Below, one piece after another: positions 20,923-30,203 of a stretch of DNA of 64,000 nucleotides. Source of the DNA: an uncultured Actinomycetota bacterium (GTDB lineage: Bacteria; Actinomycetota; UBA4738; HRBIN12); NCBI GenBank assembly GCA_963724415.1, contig CAVRUS010000007.1, forward strand, positions 61,888-125,887, in the 5' to 3' direction. The notes beneath the pieces were generated by a model. That model was given only the letters and a program-made list of their open reading frames with translations, searched no databases and had not been told where the DNA came from. The number at the start of each line of letters is the position of its first letter. The first letter of the stretch is position 1. The position numbers were made by a program, and so were the translations under genes.

Positions 20923-21114
20923 ATGTCACGCGACATCGACTGGCACGTGTTCGACAAGGCTGCCGACATCACGGCCTCGGCTGTACGGGGCGCGATGGGC
21001 GCGGAGGGGAGCCAGCCGGCTTCCTACGTGGGCGAGGTGTTCCGCGAGATCTACTCGGCCCTCCGACAGGCCACCGACGAGATGCCTTCGAAGGACTCGA
21101 AGCCAGGATTCTGA
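20923..21114 (+). CDS. Small hypothetical protein (63 aa)
   Basis: AGGAGG SD, GC3-rich codons, ends 10 nt before mutY. Confidence 0.7.
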   Translation: MSRDIDWHVFDKAADITASAVRGAMGAEGSQPASYVGEVFREIYSALRQATDEMPSKDSKPGF

Positions 21115-21124
21115 GGCGAGGATC

Positions 21125-21994
21125 ATGCAGACCGACCTCGCGCAGCTCCGTGCGGCGGTCCTCGAGTGGTATCGACCCCGACGGCGTGCGTACGCGTGGC
21201 GCCGAGGTCGTCGGAACGCCTATCGGACGTTGGTCTCCGAGGTGATGCTGCAGCAGACGCAGGCGGCGCGCGTCGAACCCATCTTCGAGGCGTTCGTCGC
21301 CCGGTTCCCTCGCGTCGACACGCTCGCCGCGGCTTCGCGCGCCGATGTCCTTCGGGCTTGGTCTGGCCTCGGCTACAACCGCCGCGCCGTGGCGCTGCAC
21401 GAGGCCGCTCGAGCGGTCGTCCGCGACCATGGCGGGCGCGTGCCACGGGACGTGGACGCCTTGGTTCAACTGCCCGGCGTGGGTCCGTACACGGCGGCCG
21501 CGGTCGCGTCGATCGGCTACGGCGATGCCGTCGCCGCCCTCGACGGCAACGTCCGTCGGGTCGTCGCGCGGGCCTTCCGCGGCGCCGAGCCGGACGAGGT
21601 TCCCGCCGCTGAACTGAAGAGAGACGCGCAGGCGTGGCTCGATCCGACCGCCCCCGGCGACTGGAACCAAGCGATCATGGACATCGGTCGCCTCTACTGC
21701 CGGCCGGCCCCGCGGTGCGAGGACTGTCCACTCGCGCCTCGATGTCGGTTCCGCGATGCCGGCCGCCCCGGCAGACCGTCCGGCCGCCGCCAGTCCCGGT
21801 TCGAGGGGAGTCCCCGCCAGGTGCGTGGTGCCGTGGTGCGTGTGCTGCGCTCCGTGCGCTCGGCGAGCGCCGAGGCGCTCGCCGAGCGCACCGGCCATAC
21901 CCCGACCGCGGTCGCCACGGCGACCGCGGCCCTCACGACCGAGGGGATCATCGAGCGGACCCGCTCCGGCCGGTTCCGGCTCCCGCGTCGTTGA
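21125..21994 (+). CDS. mutY: A/G-specific adenine glycosylase
   Basis: VSEVMLQQTQ, WSGLGYNRRA, LPGVGPYTA, DGNV, C-x6-C-x2-C-x5-C FeS motif. Confidence 0.92.
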   Translation: MQTDLAQLRAAVLEWYRPRRRAYAWRRGRRNAYRTLVSEVMLQQTQAARVEPIFEAFVARFPRVDTLAAASRADVLRAWSGLGYNRRAVALHEAARAVVRDHGGRVPRDVDALVQLPGVGPYTAAAVASIGYGDAVAALDGNVRRVVARAFRGAEPDEVPAAELKRDAQAWLDPTAPGDWNQAIMDIGRLYCRPAPRCEDCPLAPRCRFRDAGRPGRPSGRRQSRFEGSPRQVRGAVVRVLRSVRSASAEALAERTGHTPTAVATATAALTTEGIIERTRSGRFRLPRR

Positions 21995-22020
21995 CGCCAC
22001 CGTAAGCATCTGCTTACATA
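21991..22020 (+). promoter_or_regulatory. Promoter with palindromic operator for ArsR-SRPBCC pair
   Basis: -35 TTGACG (21991-21996); perfect inverted repeat GTAAGCA-TC-TGCTTAC (22002-22017). Confidence 0.65.
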
Positions 22021-22025
22021 CGCCC

Positions 22026-22361
22026 GTGGAGGCTGCGCTGAAGGCGATCGCGGAACCTCGCCGTCGCCAGATCCTCCGCCTCGTCTGGGACGCCGAGCGA
22101 TCCGCCGGCGACATCGCGTCGCATTTCGACGTGAGCCGTCCCGCGATCTCGCAGCACCTCACGGTCCTGCGCACCGCCGGCCTCGTCACCGAGCGGCGAG
22201 ACGGCGCGCGACGCCTGTATCGCGCGGACCGGGATGCGCTCGCCGAGCTCCAAGCCGACCTCCAGGCGTTCTGGACCGGTAGCCTCGCGGCCTTGAAGGA
22301 CGAGGTGGAATCCGAGGAAGGGAGACGACGTGGCCGCGGGAACGCTCACCGTCAACGCTGA
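22026..22361 (+). CDS. ArsR/SmtB family regulator
   Basis: AIAEPRRRQIL, VSRPAISQHLTVL, RRLY. Confidence 0.88.
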   Translation: MEAALKAIAEPRRRQILRLVWDAERSAGDIASHFDVSRPAISQHLTVLRTAGLVTERRDGARRLYRADRDALAELQADLQAFWTGSLAALKDEVESEEGRRRGRGNAHRQR

Positions 22362-22794
22362 GATCCGGATCGAGGCGCCGCCGGACGCGGTGTTCCCGTT
22401 CCTGACCGACCCGGAGAAGATCGTGAGATGGAAGGGGGTGGACGCGACCGTGGAGGCATCTCCCGGTGGTGTGTATCGCGTGAACGTGACCGGCACGAAC
22501 CACGCGGTGGGGGAGTACGTCGAGATCGATCCGCCTCGGCGCGTGGTGTTCACGTGGGGTTGGGAGGGCAACGAGCAGCTGCCGCCGGGCTCGTCCACCG
22601 TCACGATCGAGCTGATCCCCGACGGCGACGCGACGATCGTCCGCCTCACGCACTCCGGTCTCCCTGAGGGAGCCGACGCGGCGCAGCTGCAGGGATGGGA
22701 GCACTTCCTGCCCCGCCTCGCCGAGGTGGCGAGCGGCGGCGATCCCGGCCCCGACCCATGGGTCTCGCAGCCTCCGGATCGTCCTGCCCGCTGA
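22330..22794 (+). CDS. SRPBCC/AHSA1 domain protein
   Basis: IEAPPDAVF, PPRRVVFTWGW, GWEHFL. Confidence 0.88.
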   Translation: MAAGTLTVNAEIRIEAPPDAVFPFLTDPEKIVRWKGVDATVEASPGGVYRVNVTGTNHAVGEYVEIDPPRRVVFTWGWEGNEQLPPGSSTVTIELIPDGDATIVRLTHSGLPEGADAAQLQGWEHFLPRLAEVASGGDPGPDPWVSQPPDRPAR

Positions 22795-22813
22795 GGCTCC
22801 GCTCCCCGCGCCG

Positions 22814-22873
22814 TTGACGCCGCGGCGATCCGCGCGCTACCGTTCGCGGCGTGACTCTGGGAATGATTCTCAG
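22814..22873 (+). promoter_or_regulatory. Sigma-A promoter plus Fur/Zur-family box
   Basis: TTGACG-N18-TACCGT followed by near-palindrome CTGGGAATGATTCTCAG (22857-22873). Confidence 0.75.
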
Positions 22874-22908
22874 TCCCATTTGCTCCGAGCGGCGGCGGAG
22901 AGCTCCTC

Positions 22909-23703
22909 GTGGGCGCTGAACCCACGCAGCATCTGCCGGAGCGAGAGGCGCGGAACGACGAGGTCCTGGCGTACGCACGCGACGTCTCGTTCGGCTACGG
23001 ACATGAACCCGTCCTCCGCGACGTGTCGCTCACCGTCCGCGCCGGTGAGTTCGTGGCCCTCGTCGGCCCGAACGGATCGGGCAAGTCCACCCTGCTGAAG
23101 GTGCTCCTCGGGGCGCTGCCGGCTCCAGCCGGGCACGTAGAGCTCCTCGGTCGCGCGCCCGGGGATGTCCGCGATCGGTGGCGGGTGGGATACGTCCCGC
23201 AGCGGCCGTCGCTCCTGTCGGAGATGCCCGCCACGGTCGAGGAGATCGTGGCTGCGGGGAGGCTCCGTCAGCGAGGCTGGTGGCGAGGTCTGACCGCGTC
23301 CGACCACGCGGCCGTCGGCCACGCGATCGAGTCGGTCGGCCTCGGCGAGCTCGCCGGCCGCCCGCTGAACGAGCTCTCGATCGGACAGCAGCAGCGGGCG
23401 TTCATCGCCAGGGCGTTCGCCGGCGACCCTGCCCTGCTCGTGCTCGACGAGCCGATCGCCGGTGTCGACGCGGAATCGCAGCGCCGGTTCCGCGACTCGC
23501 TGGTGCATCTGATCCGCCAGCACGGGGCCGGCGTGCTCCTCGTCTCGCACGAGCTCGCTGCGGTCGCGGATGTGATCGACCGTGTCGTCGTGCTGAAGCA
23601 GCGCGTCGTGTTCGATGGGAGCCCCGCGGAGCTCGGCGCGCGCGGTGTCTCGCTCGGCGTCCACCGCGAGGACCTCCCGCTCTGGCTCGAGGACCTCCGA
23701 TGA
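22909..23703 (+). CDS. znuC: Metal (Zn/Mn) ABC transporter ATP-binding protein
   Basis: GPNGSGKST, GYVPQ, LSIGQQQR, LVLDEP. Confidence 0.85.
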   Translation: MGAEPTQHLPEREARNDEVLAYARDVSFGYGHEPVLRDVSLTVRAGEFVALVGPNGSGKSTLLKVLLGALPAPAGHVELLGRAPGDVRDRWRVGYVPQRPSLLSEMPATVEEIVAAGRLRQRGWWRGLTASDHAAVGHAIESVGLGELAGRPLNELSIGQQQRAFIARAFAGDPALLVLDEPIAGVDAESQRRFRDSLVHLIRQHGAGVLLVSHELAAVADVIDRVVVLKQRVVFDGSPAELGARGVSLGVHREDLPLWLEDLR

Positions 23704-24545
23704 TCGGCGCGCTCCCCTTCCCGTATCCGTTCGAGTCCGGCGAAGCCCAGCGGGCGCTCGTCGCCTGCCTCGCCGTCGGGGTGTTCGCCCCGATGATCGG
23801 AGCGTTCCTGGTGCAGAAGCGACTCTCCCTCGTCGGGGACGGCATCGCCCACGTGGCGTTCGCCGGGGTCGGCGCGGGCATCCTCGTGGGCGTCTGGCCG
23901 GTGTGGAGCGCGCTCGCGTTCGCCGTGATCGGTGCCGTCGGCGTCGAGCTCCTCCGGCTCAAGCGCAAGGCCGCGGGGGACCTCGCGCTCGCGCTCTTCT
24001 TCTACGTCGGGATCGCGCTGGGCGCCGTGTTCGCCAGCCGGGCGGGCGGGCTCGAGCTGGAGACGCTGCCGTACCTGTTCGGCGATCCGTACGCGGTCAC
24101 GTGGACGGGCGTCGCGATGGTGGGCGCCCTCGGCGTCGCGGTGATCGCGGCGATGCGACTCGCGGGGCGCGCGTTGTTCGCCGTCGTGACCGATGAGGAC
24201 TGGTCCCGCGTCGCCGGCTTGCCCGTCGGCGCCCTCAGCGTCGCGCTGGCCGGCCTCACGGCCGGCGTGATCGTCGCCGGGATGCGGGTCGTCGGCATCC
24301 TGTTGATCGCCGCGATGATGGTGCTCCCCGTCGCGTCGGCACAGCTGATCTCGCGCTCGTTCCGCGGCACGATCCGTCTCTCGGTCGCGATCGGCGCCGT
24401 GTCATCGCTCGTCGGGCTCACGATCGCGCGGCCGCTCGGCCTCGCCCCCGGCGGCTCGATCGTCTTCGTCGCGGCCGCTCTGTTCGCCGCCGTCGCTCTC
24501 GCGAAGCGGACCGCGCCTCGCGCGCTGCAGCAGGAGGCGCATTGA
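23700..24545 (+). CDS. znuB: Metal ABC transporter permease
   Basis: GDGIAHVAFAG, YLFGD, VVGILLI; ATGA overlap. Confidence 0.85.
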   Translation: MIGALPFPYPFESGEAQRALVACLAVGVFAPMIGAFLVQKRLSLVGDGIAHVAFAGVGAGILVGVWPVWSALAFAVIGAVGVELLRLKRKAAGDLALALFFYVGIALGAVFASRAGGLELETLPYLFGDPYAVTWTGVAMVGALGVAVIAAMRLAGRALFAVVTDEDWSRVAGLPVGALSVALAGLTAGVIVAGMRVVGILLIAAMMVLPVASAQLISRSFRGTIRLSVAIGAVSSLVGLTIARPLGLAPGGSIVFVAAALFAAVALAKRTAPRALQQEAH

Positions 24546-24979
24546 TGGAGCTCCATCAGGAGGCGGCACGTCGTCTGGCGTCGTCGGGACAGCGCTACAC
24601 GCGCACCAGGCGGCGGCTCGTCGACATCCTCGCGAAGGCCGGCATGCCGCTCTCGCTCCCCGCGATCGTCCGAGGGCGCAAGGACCTGCCGCAGAGCTCC
24701 GCCTACCGCAACCTCGCGGAACTCGAGTCGGCGGGTCTGATCCGTCGGGTCGCGTCGGAGGATGGGTTCGCCCGGTACGAGCTCGGGGAAGACCTCACCG
24801 GTCACCATCACCACCTGATGTGCTCGCGATGCGGCCAGGTACAGGATCTCCTCCTCCCGGCCCCGCTGGAGCGTCAACTCGACCGGACCCTCGACGTGCT
24901 CGCTCGCGAGGCCGCGTTCGCGACCGTGCGCCACCGGCTCGACCTGATCGGTCTGTGCCGCGCCTGCGCGAGCGCGTGA
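24545..24979 (+). CDS. zur: Fur family regulator, Zur-like
   Basis: SAYRNL, HHHHLMCSRC, GLCRAC; encoded in the metal ABC operon. Confidence 0.78.
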   Translation: MELHQEAARRLASSGQRYTRTRRRLVDILAKAGMPLSLPAIVRGRKDLPQSSAYRNLAELESAGLIRRVASEDGFARYELGEDLTGHHHHLMCSRCGQVQDLLLPAPLERQLDRTLDVLAREAAFATVRHRLDLIGLCRACASA

Positions 24980-25046
24980 CCAGAGTGCGCCGCCCTCTAT
25001 CCTGTCGGCCTGTCCCAGCCCGGCGCGCTGCGCCCTCGGGAGGATC

Positions 25047-28000
25047 GTGACGCTCACGCGCACCGCGCACGCCGGCGAGCATGCCGTGCCACCACCCGCC
25101 ACCCGTCCGAGCCGGCTCGGGTCTTGGTGGGCGATCGTGGGCTTCGCGCTCGTCCTCCTGCTCGCGTTGGGGTGGCGCTTCATCGCCGACCCGTCGCTCT
25201 CGGCACCGACCCGGGATCCCGCCTGGTACACCTGGCGCGCCAGCGTCATCCTCGAGGACGATCCGGGATCGATCGCTGGCGACTGGGGTCCGGACAACCT
25301 GTTCTCCGGCGGGTACCGGGTGACGGTGCCGCTCGCCGGAGCGCTGCTGCAGCGGGTCAGCGGCATCAGCACCTACAGCTTCAGCGCGTTCCTGATGCTC
25401 GGGATCCCGATCCTCACCGGCCTGGCGCTGGGTGCGGGGGCGTTCCGCAGCAAGCGAGATCCGCTGATCGTCTTCCTCACGATGCTCGCGACGGCGGGGT
25501 TGTTCCTCACGACGCCATACGTCGGTTATCTCGACAACATCACGGTGCTGTTCCTCCTCAGCCTGATCGTCGCCTTCGCGGACGCGGCGCGGACCTCCTG
25601 GGGCGCCCGCGTGGCGATCTTCCTGATCGGGATGGCGGCGGCGTTCACCCATCCCACCACCTGCGTCCTGTTCGGGATCTCGCTGCTCGCGGTCTGGGGA
25701 ACGCACGTCGTCACGAGCCGTTTCCGGCTCGGCTCGGCGATGCGATCGGACGGCCCGCTCCTGCTGTCGACGGGCTCCGGGATGGTCACGGGGCTCGCCC
25801 TTTGGGTCGTGGGGATCTGGGGACCGGGCGGTCCGGAGCTCCTGAAGGATGCCGCGCTGCCGCCCCCCTACACCGCGGCGTTCTTCCGACAGCGGCTGGT
25901 CGAGTGGGTGACCTCGATGCGGCCCGAGATCACGTTCCCGCTGATCCTGATCGCGATCCTCGGCACGATCGTCGTCGCGAGGCGGACCCGGAAGCCGGTC
26001 TCGCAGTACGAGCAGGTTTCGATCTGGTGGATGTTCCCGTTCGCCGGCGTGCTCACGTTCCTGCTCGGGGAGGCGATCCCGTACTACCGCTTCATGAACG
26101 CCACGGCGGCTCCGATGGCGCTCACGGGTCTCGGCGCGTTCCTCGCCATCCGATGGTTGTACCGGGGCGATGGCGCTCGGAGGATCGCCGGAGCGATGGG
26201 GGCGCTCGTCGTCGTAGGCGCGCTCACCTGGGTCTTCCTCGACCCCGCGATCAACCGGTGGGCGCAGCAGGACAACCAGTGGGCTCCGCAGAGCGTGCGG
26301 ACGTCGCTGGCGGCGACCCGGGAGGTGGTGGTCGCTGCCGGTGAGCGGCCGAGCATCCTGATCGTGAACTACGGCAACACCGACGACGCGACGGGATCCA
26401 ACACCACGTACGGATGGGCGAAGACCTACACCAACGTGTTCCGCACCGGTCTGCCCGGCGCCCTGGCGAAGTATCAGGCGAGCTTCGTCGGGACCGTCGA
26501 GGACTTCCGGGGGGACCGTCCGTCCGACGGACCGAGCGAGAACTACCGCGACACGTCGACGAGCCACTGGAACGAGGTGCGCGCGCGGCTGGCGACCTAC
26601 CCCGAACCACCCGTGGTGTTCCTGATCGAGGAGTACTACTCGGGCCAGTGCAACGGCGTCCCCGAGGGTGACTGCTCGGCCGATGTCGAGCAGGCGGCCC
26701 TCGATCGAGCCCTGGAGGGCTCGATCGAGATCGGTCCCGGGACGCACGTGTTGACCGGCGACGGTCTCTACGAACCCTCGCCTGAGGTGATCGAACGAGC
26801 GCGGTCGGCCGCGGCCGCCGCCGCCGCCCGGTTCGAGGACCCGCCGGGTCCCCTCGACGACCTGCCGCATCAGGCCCGGGTGCTCGCGGGCCTGTTCGCG
26901 CTGGCAGTCCTCCCCGGTCTGCTGGCCGCGCCGTTCTTCGGGCTGCGGGATACGCCGAGTCGGATCGCGTTGATCCCCGGCACCTCGATCGTCCTCTCGC
27001 TCCTGGCGGGGATCGCCGTGCTCGGCGTGTGGCGGGGGCCGCTCACCGACACCAAGGCGTGGGTCGTGGTCGCGGTCGCGGTCGGCGCCGGCGCGGCACT
27101 CCGCCTCGGAAGCGAAGCGATCCTCGGCGCGTTGGGCGCGTTCGGCAGGTTCTTCAACCGCCTGTTCTCGCAGTTCTCGAACCGCGACTACGCGATCCTG
27201 ATGAGCGTGCAGTTCCTCACGCAGGCGGGGCAAGGGATGATCCAGGGCGCGATCGGCAAGTCGATCGCGTTCGGTGGGCAGGAGGGGTTCGACGTGCAGA
27301 ACGTTCCCTCCGCCGACTACCTACTCCAGGTGATCCTACTGCTCTACATCCCGTACACGCTGCTCTCGCCCTTCATCGGTGTCGTGATCGACCGGTTCGA
27401 ACGCCGGCGCGTGGTGTGGTGGTCCAACCTCGTGACCGCGGCCGTGGTCGGGGTCGTCGCGGTCACCGTCCTCATCCCGCTCGGGTCGGGCACCACCGAG
27501 GGGAACGTCGGAGCGACGGCCGCACTCGTCCTCGGGCTGCTGGCCGCGCAGGCCGTGATCCGCGTGACGCTCGCGGTGAAGTCGGCGGCGATCCCGGATG
27601 TCCTGTCCGGCCGCGACCTGCTCCAGGGCAACGCGCTCTCGCAGGCGGGCGGCGCGCTCTTCCAGATCATGGGGATCGCGTTCGCGCTCGCCGCGGGCGG
27701 GGTCCTGCCCGCGTGGCTCGTCGTGCTCGCCGGGGCCGTCGTCCTCGCGATCGGGGCGCTGGCCGCGACCAAGCTCCGGCACGTCGAGGCGCGTGCGCAC
27801 GCCGCGCGCTTCTCCGAGGAGGCACGACGAGTGCTCCGCACGATCGCCCAGGGAATCCGAGAGGTCGCCGCCCGTCCCCCCGCGGCGGTGGGGCTGACGG
27901 GGTTCCAGATGCTCCGCTACCAGTTCTGGGGGTTCGGGCTGTTCGTCTTCGCGCTGTACGCGAAGAACCTCGTCGAGGGAGGCTCGGAGAGCCAGGTGCC

Positions 28001-28487
28001 GACCTTGGTGTCGGGCGCGGTCGGTCTGATCGGGGGCGTGCTCGGGCTCATCGTGGCGCAGGGGCTGAAGGATCGGGTGGCGCCGATCAAGCTCCTCCTC
28101 GTCTCGATGGGGCTCCTCGGTGCCGGGACGCTGGTCTTCGGTGGGCTCGTCTCGGTGGCCGGGTTCGCCGCGATGCTCTTCGTCGGCTTCTTCGCGTTCT
28201 TCGTCGGCAAGATCTCGGCCGACACGATCGTGCAGCAGGCGATGCCCGACGACTTCCGGGGCCGCGCCTTCGCGTTGTTCGACATCGCGTACAACCTCGG
28301 GTTCATCGTCCCGGCGATCATCCTGTCCCTCGTGTGGGTCGAGAACGACCCGGGCACGACGCGCATGGTGCTCGTCGTGTCCGGCGCGCTGTTCCTGGTG
28401 TTGACGGCCGCGGTCGCCGTATGGGCCCGGCGCGTCCGAGACCAGTTCGCTCCGCAGGACGACCTGATCGACCCCCTGACAGGCTGA
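25047..28487 (+). CDS. Large membrane protein: GT-C-like multi-TM N-terminal region fused to C-terminal MFS-like domain
   Basis: Continuous 1146-aa ORF; early RDPAWY loop; FSNRDY.., DRFERRRV, DDFRGRAFALFD MFS-type motifs. Confidence 0.7.
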   Translation: MTLTRTAHAGEHAVPPPATRPSRLGSWWAIVGFALVLLLALGWRFIADPSLSAPTRDPAWYTWRASVILEDDPGSIAGDWGPDNLFSGGYRVTVPLAGALLQRVSGISTYSFSAFLMLGIPILTGLALGAGAFRSKRDPLIVFLTMLATAGLFLTTPYVGYLDNITVLFLLSLIVAFADAARTSWGARVAIFLIGMAAAFTHPTTCVLFGISLLAVWGTHVVTSRFRLGSAMRSDGPLLLSTGSGMVTGLALWVVGIWGPGGPELLKDAALPPPYTAAFFRQRLVEWVTSMRPEITFPLILIAILGTIVVARRTRKPVSQYEQVSIWWMFPFAGVLTFLLGEAIPYYRFMNATAAPMALTGLGAFLAIRWLYRGDGARRIAGAMGALVVVGALTWVFLDPAINRWAQQDNQWAPQSVRTSLAATREVVVAAGERPSILIVNYGNTDDATGSNTTYGWAKTYTNVFRTGLPGALAKYQASFVGTVEDFRGDRPSDGPSENYRDTSTSHWNEVRARLATYPEPPVVFLIEEYYSGQCNGVPEGDCSADVEQAALDRALEGSIEIGPGTHVLTGDGLYEPSPEVIERARSAAAAAAARFEDPPGPLDDLPHQARVLAGLFALAVLPGLLAAPFFGLRDTPSRIALIPGTSIVLSLLAGIAVLGVWRGPLTDTKAWVVVAVAVGAGAALRLGSEAILGALGAFGRFFNRLFSQFSNRDYAILMSVQFLTQAGQGMIQGAIGKSIAFGGQEGFDVQNVPSADYLLQVILLLYIPYTLLSPFIGVVIDRFERRRVVWWSNLVTAAVVGVVAVTVLIPLGSGTTEGNVGATAALVLGLLAAQAVIRVTLAVKSAAIPDVLSGRDLLQGNALSQAGGALFQIMGIAFALAAGGVLPAWLVVLAGAVVLAIGALAATKLRHVEARAHAARFSEEARRVLRTIAQGIREVAARPPAAVGLTGFQMLRYQFWGFGLFVFALYAKNLVEGGSESQVPTLVSGAVGLIGGVLGLIVAQGLKDRVAPIKLLLVSMGLLGAGTLVFGGLVSVAGFAAMLFVGFFAFFVGKISADTIVQQAMPDDFRGRAFALFDIAYNLGFIVPAIILSLVWVENDPGTTRMVLVVSGALFLVLTAAVAVWARRVRDQFAPQDDLIDPLTG

Positions 28488-28493
28488 GGGACC

Positions 28494-29270
28494 ATGCCCG
28501 GGGTGCGCAACGGCGACGTGACGCTGCACGTCGAGGTCGACGGCGCCGGCGAGCCGGTGACCGTCCTCGCTCACGGGCTGACGAACTCGTGCCGTGAGCT
28601 CGCGTTGTTCACACCGTCGCTCACCGGCACCGCGGTTCGGTTCTGCTTCCGTGGCCACGGACACTCGAGCGCGCCGGAACGGGGCTACCGGTTCGCGGAT
28701 CTCGCCTCCGACCTCGACGCCGTCGCTCGCGCGTACAAGGCGACGAACGCGGTCGGCACGTCGCTCGGCGCGGGCGCGATCATGTCGCTCCTCGAACACG
28801 ACCCGGGTCGATTCGATCGGATCGTGATGCTCCTCCCCGCCTCGCTCGACCTCCCCTTCCGCGACCCCGCACGCTTCGACGCGATCGCCGATCTCCTCGA
28901 GTCCTACCCGAAGGAGGAGGCGATCGCGCGGGTCCTCGAGATGAGCGAGGATCGGTACGAGCGCGCGCCATGGCTCCGCGAGCTCGACCTCGCGCTCTGG
29001 GAGGACCTGAACCCGGTGGGCGTGGCGCGAGCGATCCGCGAGGTCACGCGGGACATCTCGATCTCCGACCGCGAGCTCCTCCGGAAGGTGGACGCTCCGA
29101 CCCTGCTGATCTGCCGAGAGGGCGACGCGATCCATCCCGCCGAGCTGGGCAGGATCCTCCTCGAGCTCCTCCCGAACGCGGAGCTCGTCACGCTGGGGTC
29201 GGAGGAGGAGCTGGTCGCCTCGATCCCGGTGTTGGTCGAGCGCGTCCGCGAGTTCCTGGAGGGGGCGTGA
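28494..29270 (+). CDS. Alpha/beta hydrolase-fold protein
   Basis: LAHGL, FRGHGHS, GTSLG. Confidence 0.85.
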   Translation: MPGVRNGDVTLHVEVDGAGEPVTVLAHGLTNSCRELALFTPSLTGTAVRFCFRGHGHSSAPERGYRFADLASDLDAVARAYKATNAVGTSLGAGAIMSLLEHDPGRFDRIVMLLPASLDLPFRDPARFDAIADLLESYPKEEAIARVLEMSEDRYERAPWLRELDLALWEDLNPVGVARAIREVTRDISISDRELLRKVDAPTLLICREGDAIHPAELGRILLELLPNAELVTLGSEEELVASIPVLVERVREFLEGA

Positions 29271-30190
29271 GCGGGGGCCCGGCTCTCGACCGCCGGGCCA
29301 GGACCCCTCGCCAGGAGCTGCTGGGCTCCGCGCTGTCGGCGTTGATGGCACTGCAGTTCGCCGTGGTCGTGATGTTCGGCAAGGAGGTGGCGGCCGGCGA
29401 GTTGCCGTTCGCGATGCTCGCGATCCGGTTCGCGGGGCAGGCGGTGTTGCTCTTCCTCGTCCTGCTCCTGTTCCGGAAACCGTTGCTGCCGGCTCAGGGC
29501 GAACGCGCGCCGCTCCTGCTCGCCGCGATGATCGGCTACGGGACCGAGGCCGCGCTGTTCTTCTCCGCGCTGAACCACGGGAATGCGGGCGCGGTGACCC
29601 TCCTGTTCTACCTCTACCCGGTCTGGGTGATGCTCGTGACGATCGTGCTCGATCGGCGGCCGCCGGGATGGCGTTTGTTCGTGGCCCTGCTCCTCGCGCT
29701 CGGCGGGAGCGCGGTCGTGATCATCGGCGGGGGCGAGGTCGAGGTGGCGCCGCTGGGGATCGTGCTCGCCCTCGCCACGTCGATCGCGTACACCGCGTAC
29801 CTGATCACGGTCGACCGGACGGTACGCAGGACGGACCCGGTCACCGCGGCGGCGTGGCTCGGGGCGGGAGCCGCGACCTCGAACCTCGTGTTCGCGCTCG
29901 TGTTCAGCGCCACGGACCTCCCCGACGCGTCGTCGTGGCCGTACCTGCTGGGGATGGCCGTCTTCTCGGCCGGTGCGTTCGCCGCGATGCTCGGAGGGTT
30001 GCAGCTCCTCGGCGCCGTCCGGAACGCGATCATCGGCGTGATGGAGCCCCTCGGCGTCGCGGTGCTCGCGGCGTACTTCCTCGACGAGCCCATCACGGCC
30101 CCCGTCGCGATCGGCGGGGTCATGATCCTCGGCGGTGCGATCCTCGCGACCCTCGTGCGCACGACGACGATCCGTGAGCCGGACGTCTAG
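29267..30190 (+). CDS. EamA/DMT family transporter
   Basis: About 10 TM; LLFYLYP, MEP, FLDEP; GTGA overlap. Confidence 0.85.
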   Translation: MSGGPALDRRARTPRQELLGSALSALMALQFAVVVMFGKEVAAGELPFAMLAIRFAGQAVLLFLVLLLFRKPLLPAQGERAPLLLAAMIGYGTEAALFFSALNHGNAGAVTLLFYLYPVWVMLVTIVLDRRPPGWRLFVALLLALGGSAVVIIGGGEVEVAPLGIVLALATSIAYTAYLITVDRTVRRTDPVTAAAWLGAGAATSNLVFALVFSATDLPDASSWPYLLGMAVFSAGAFAAMLGGLQLLGAVRNAIIGVMEPLGVAVLAAYFLDEPITAPVAIGGVMILGGAILATLVRTTTIREPDV

Positions 30191-30203
30191 TACCGTCGGA
30201 GCC

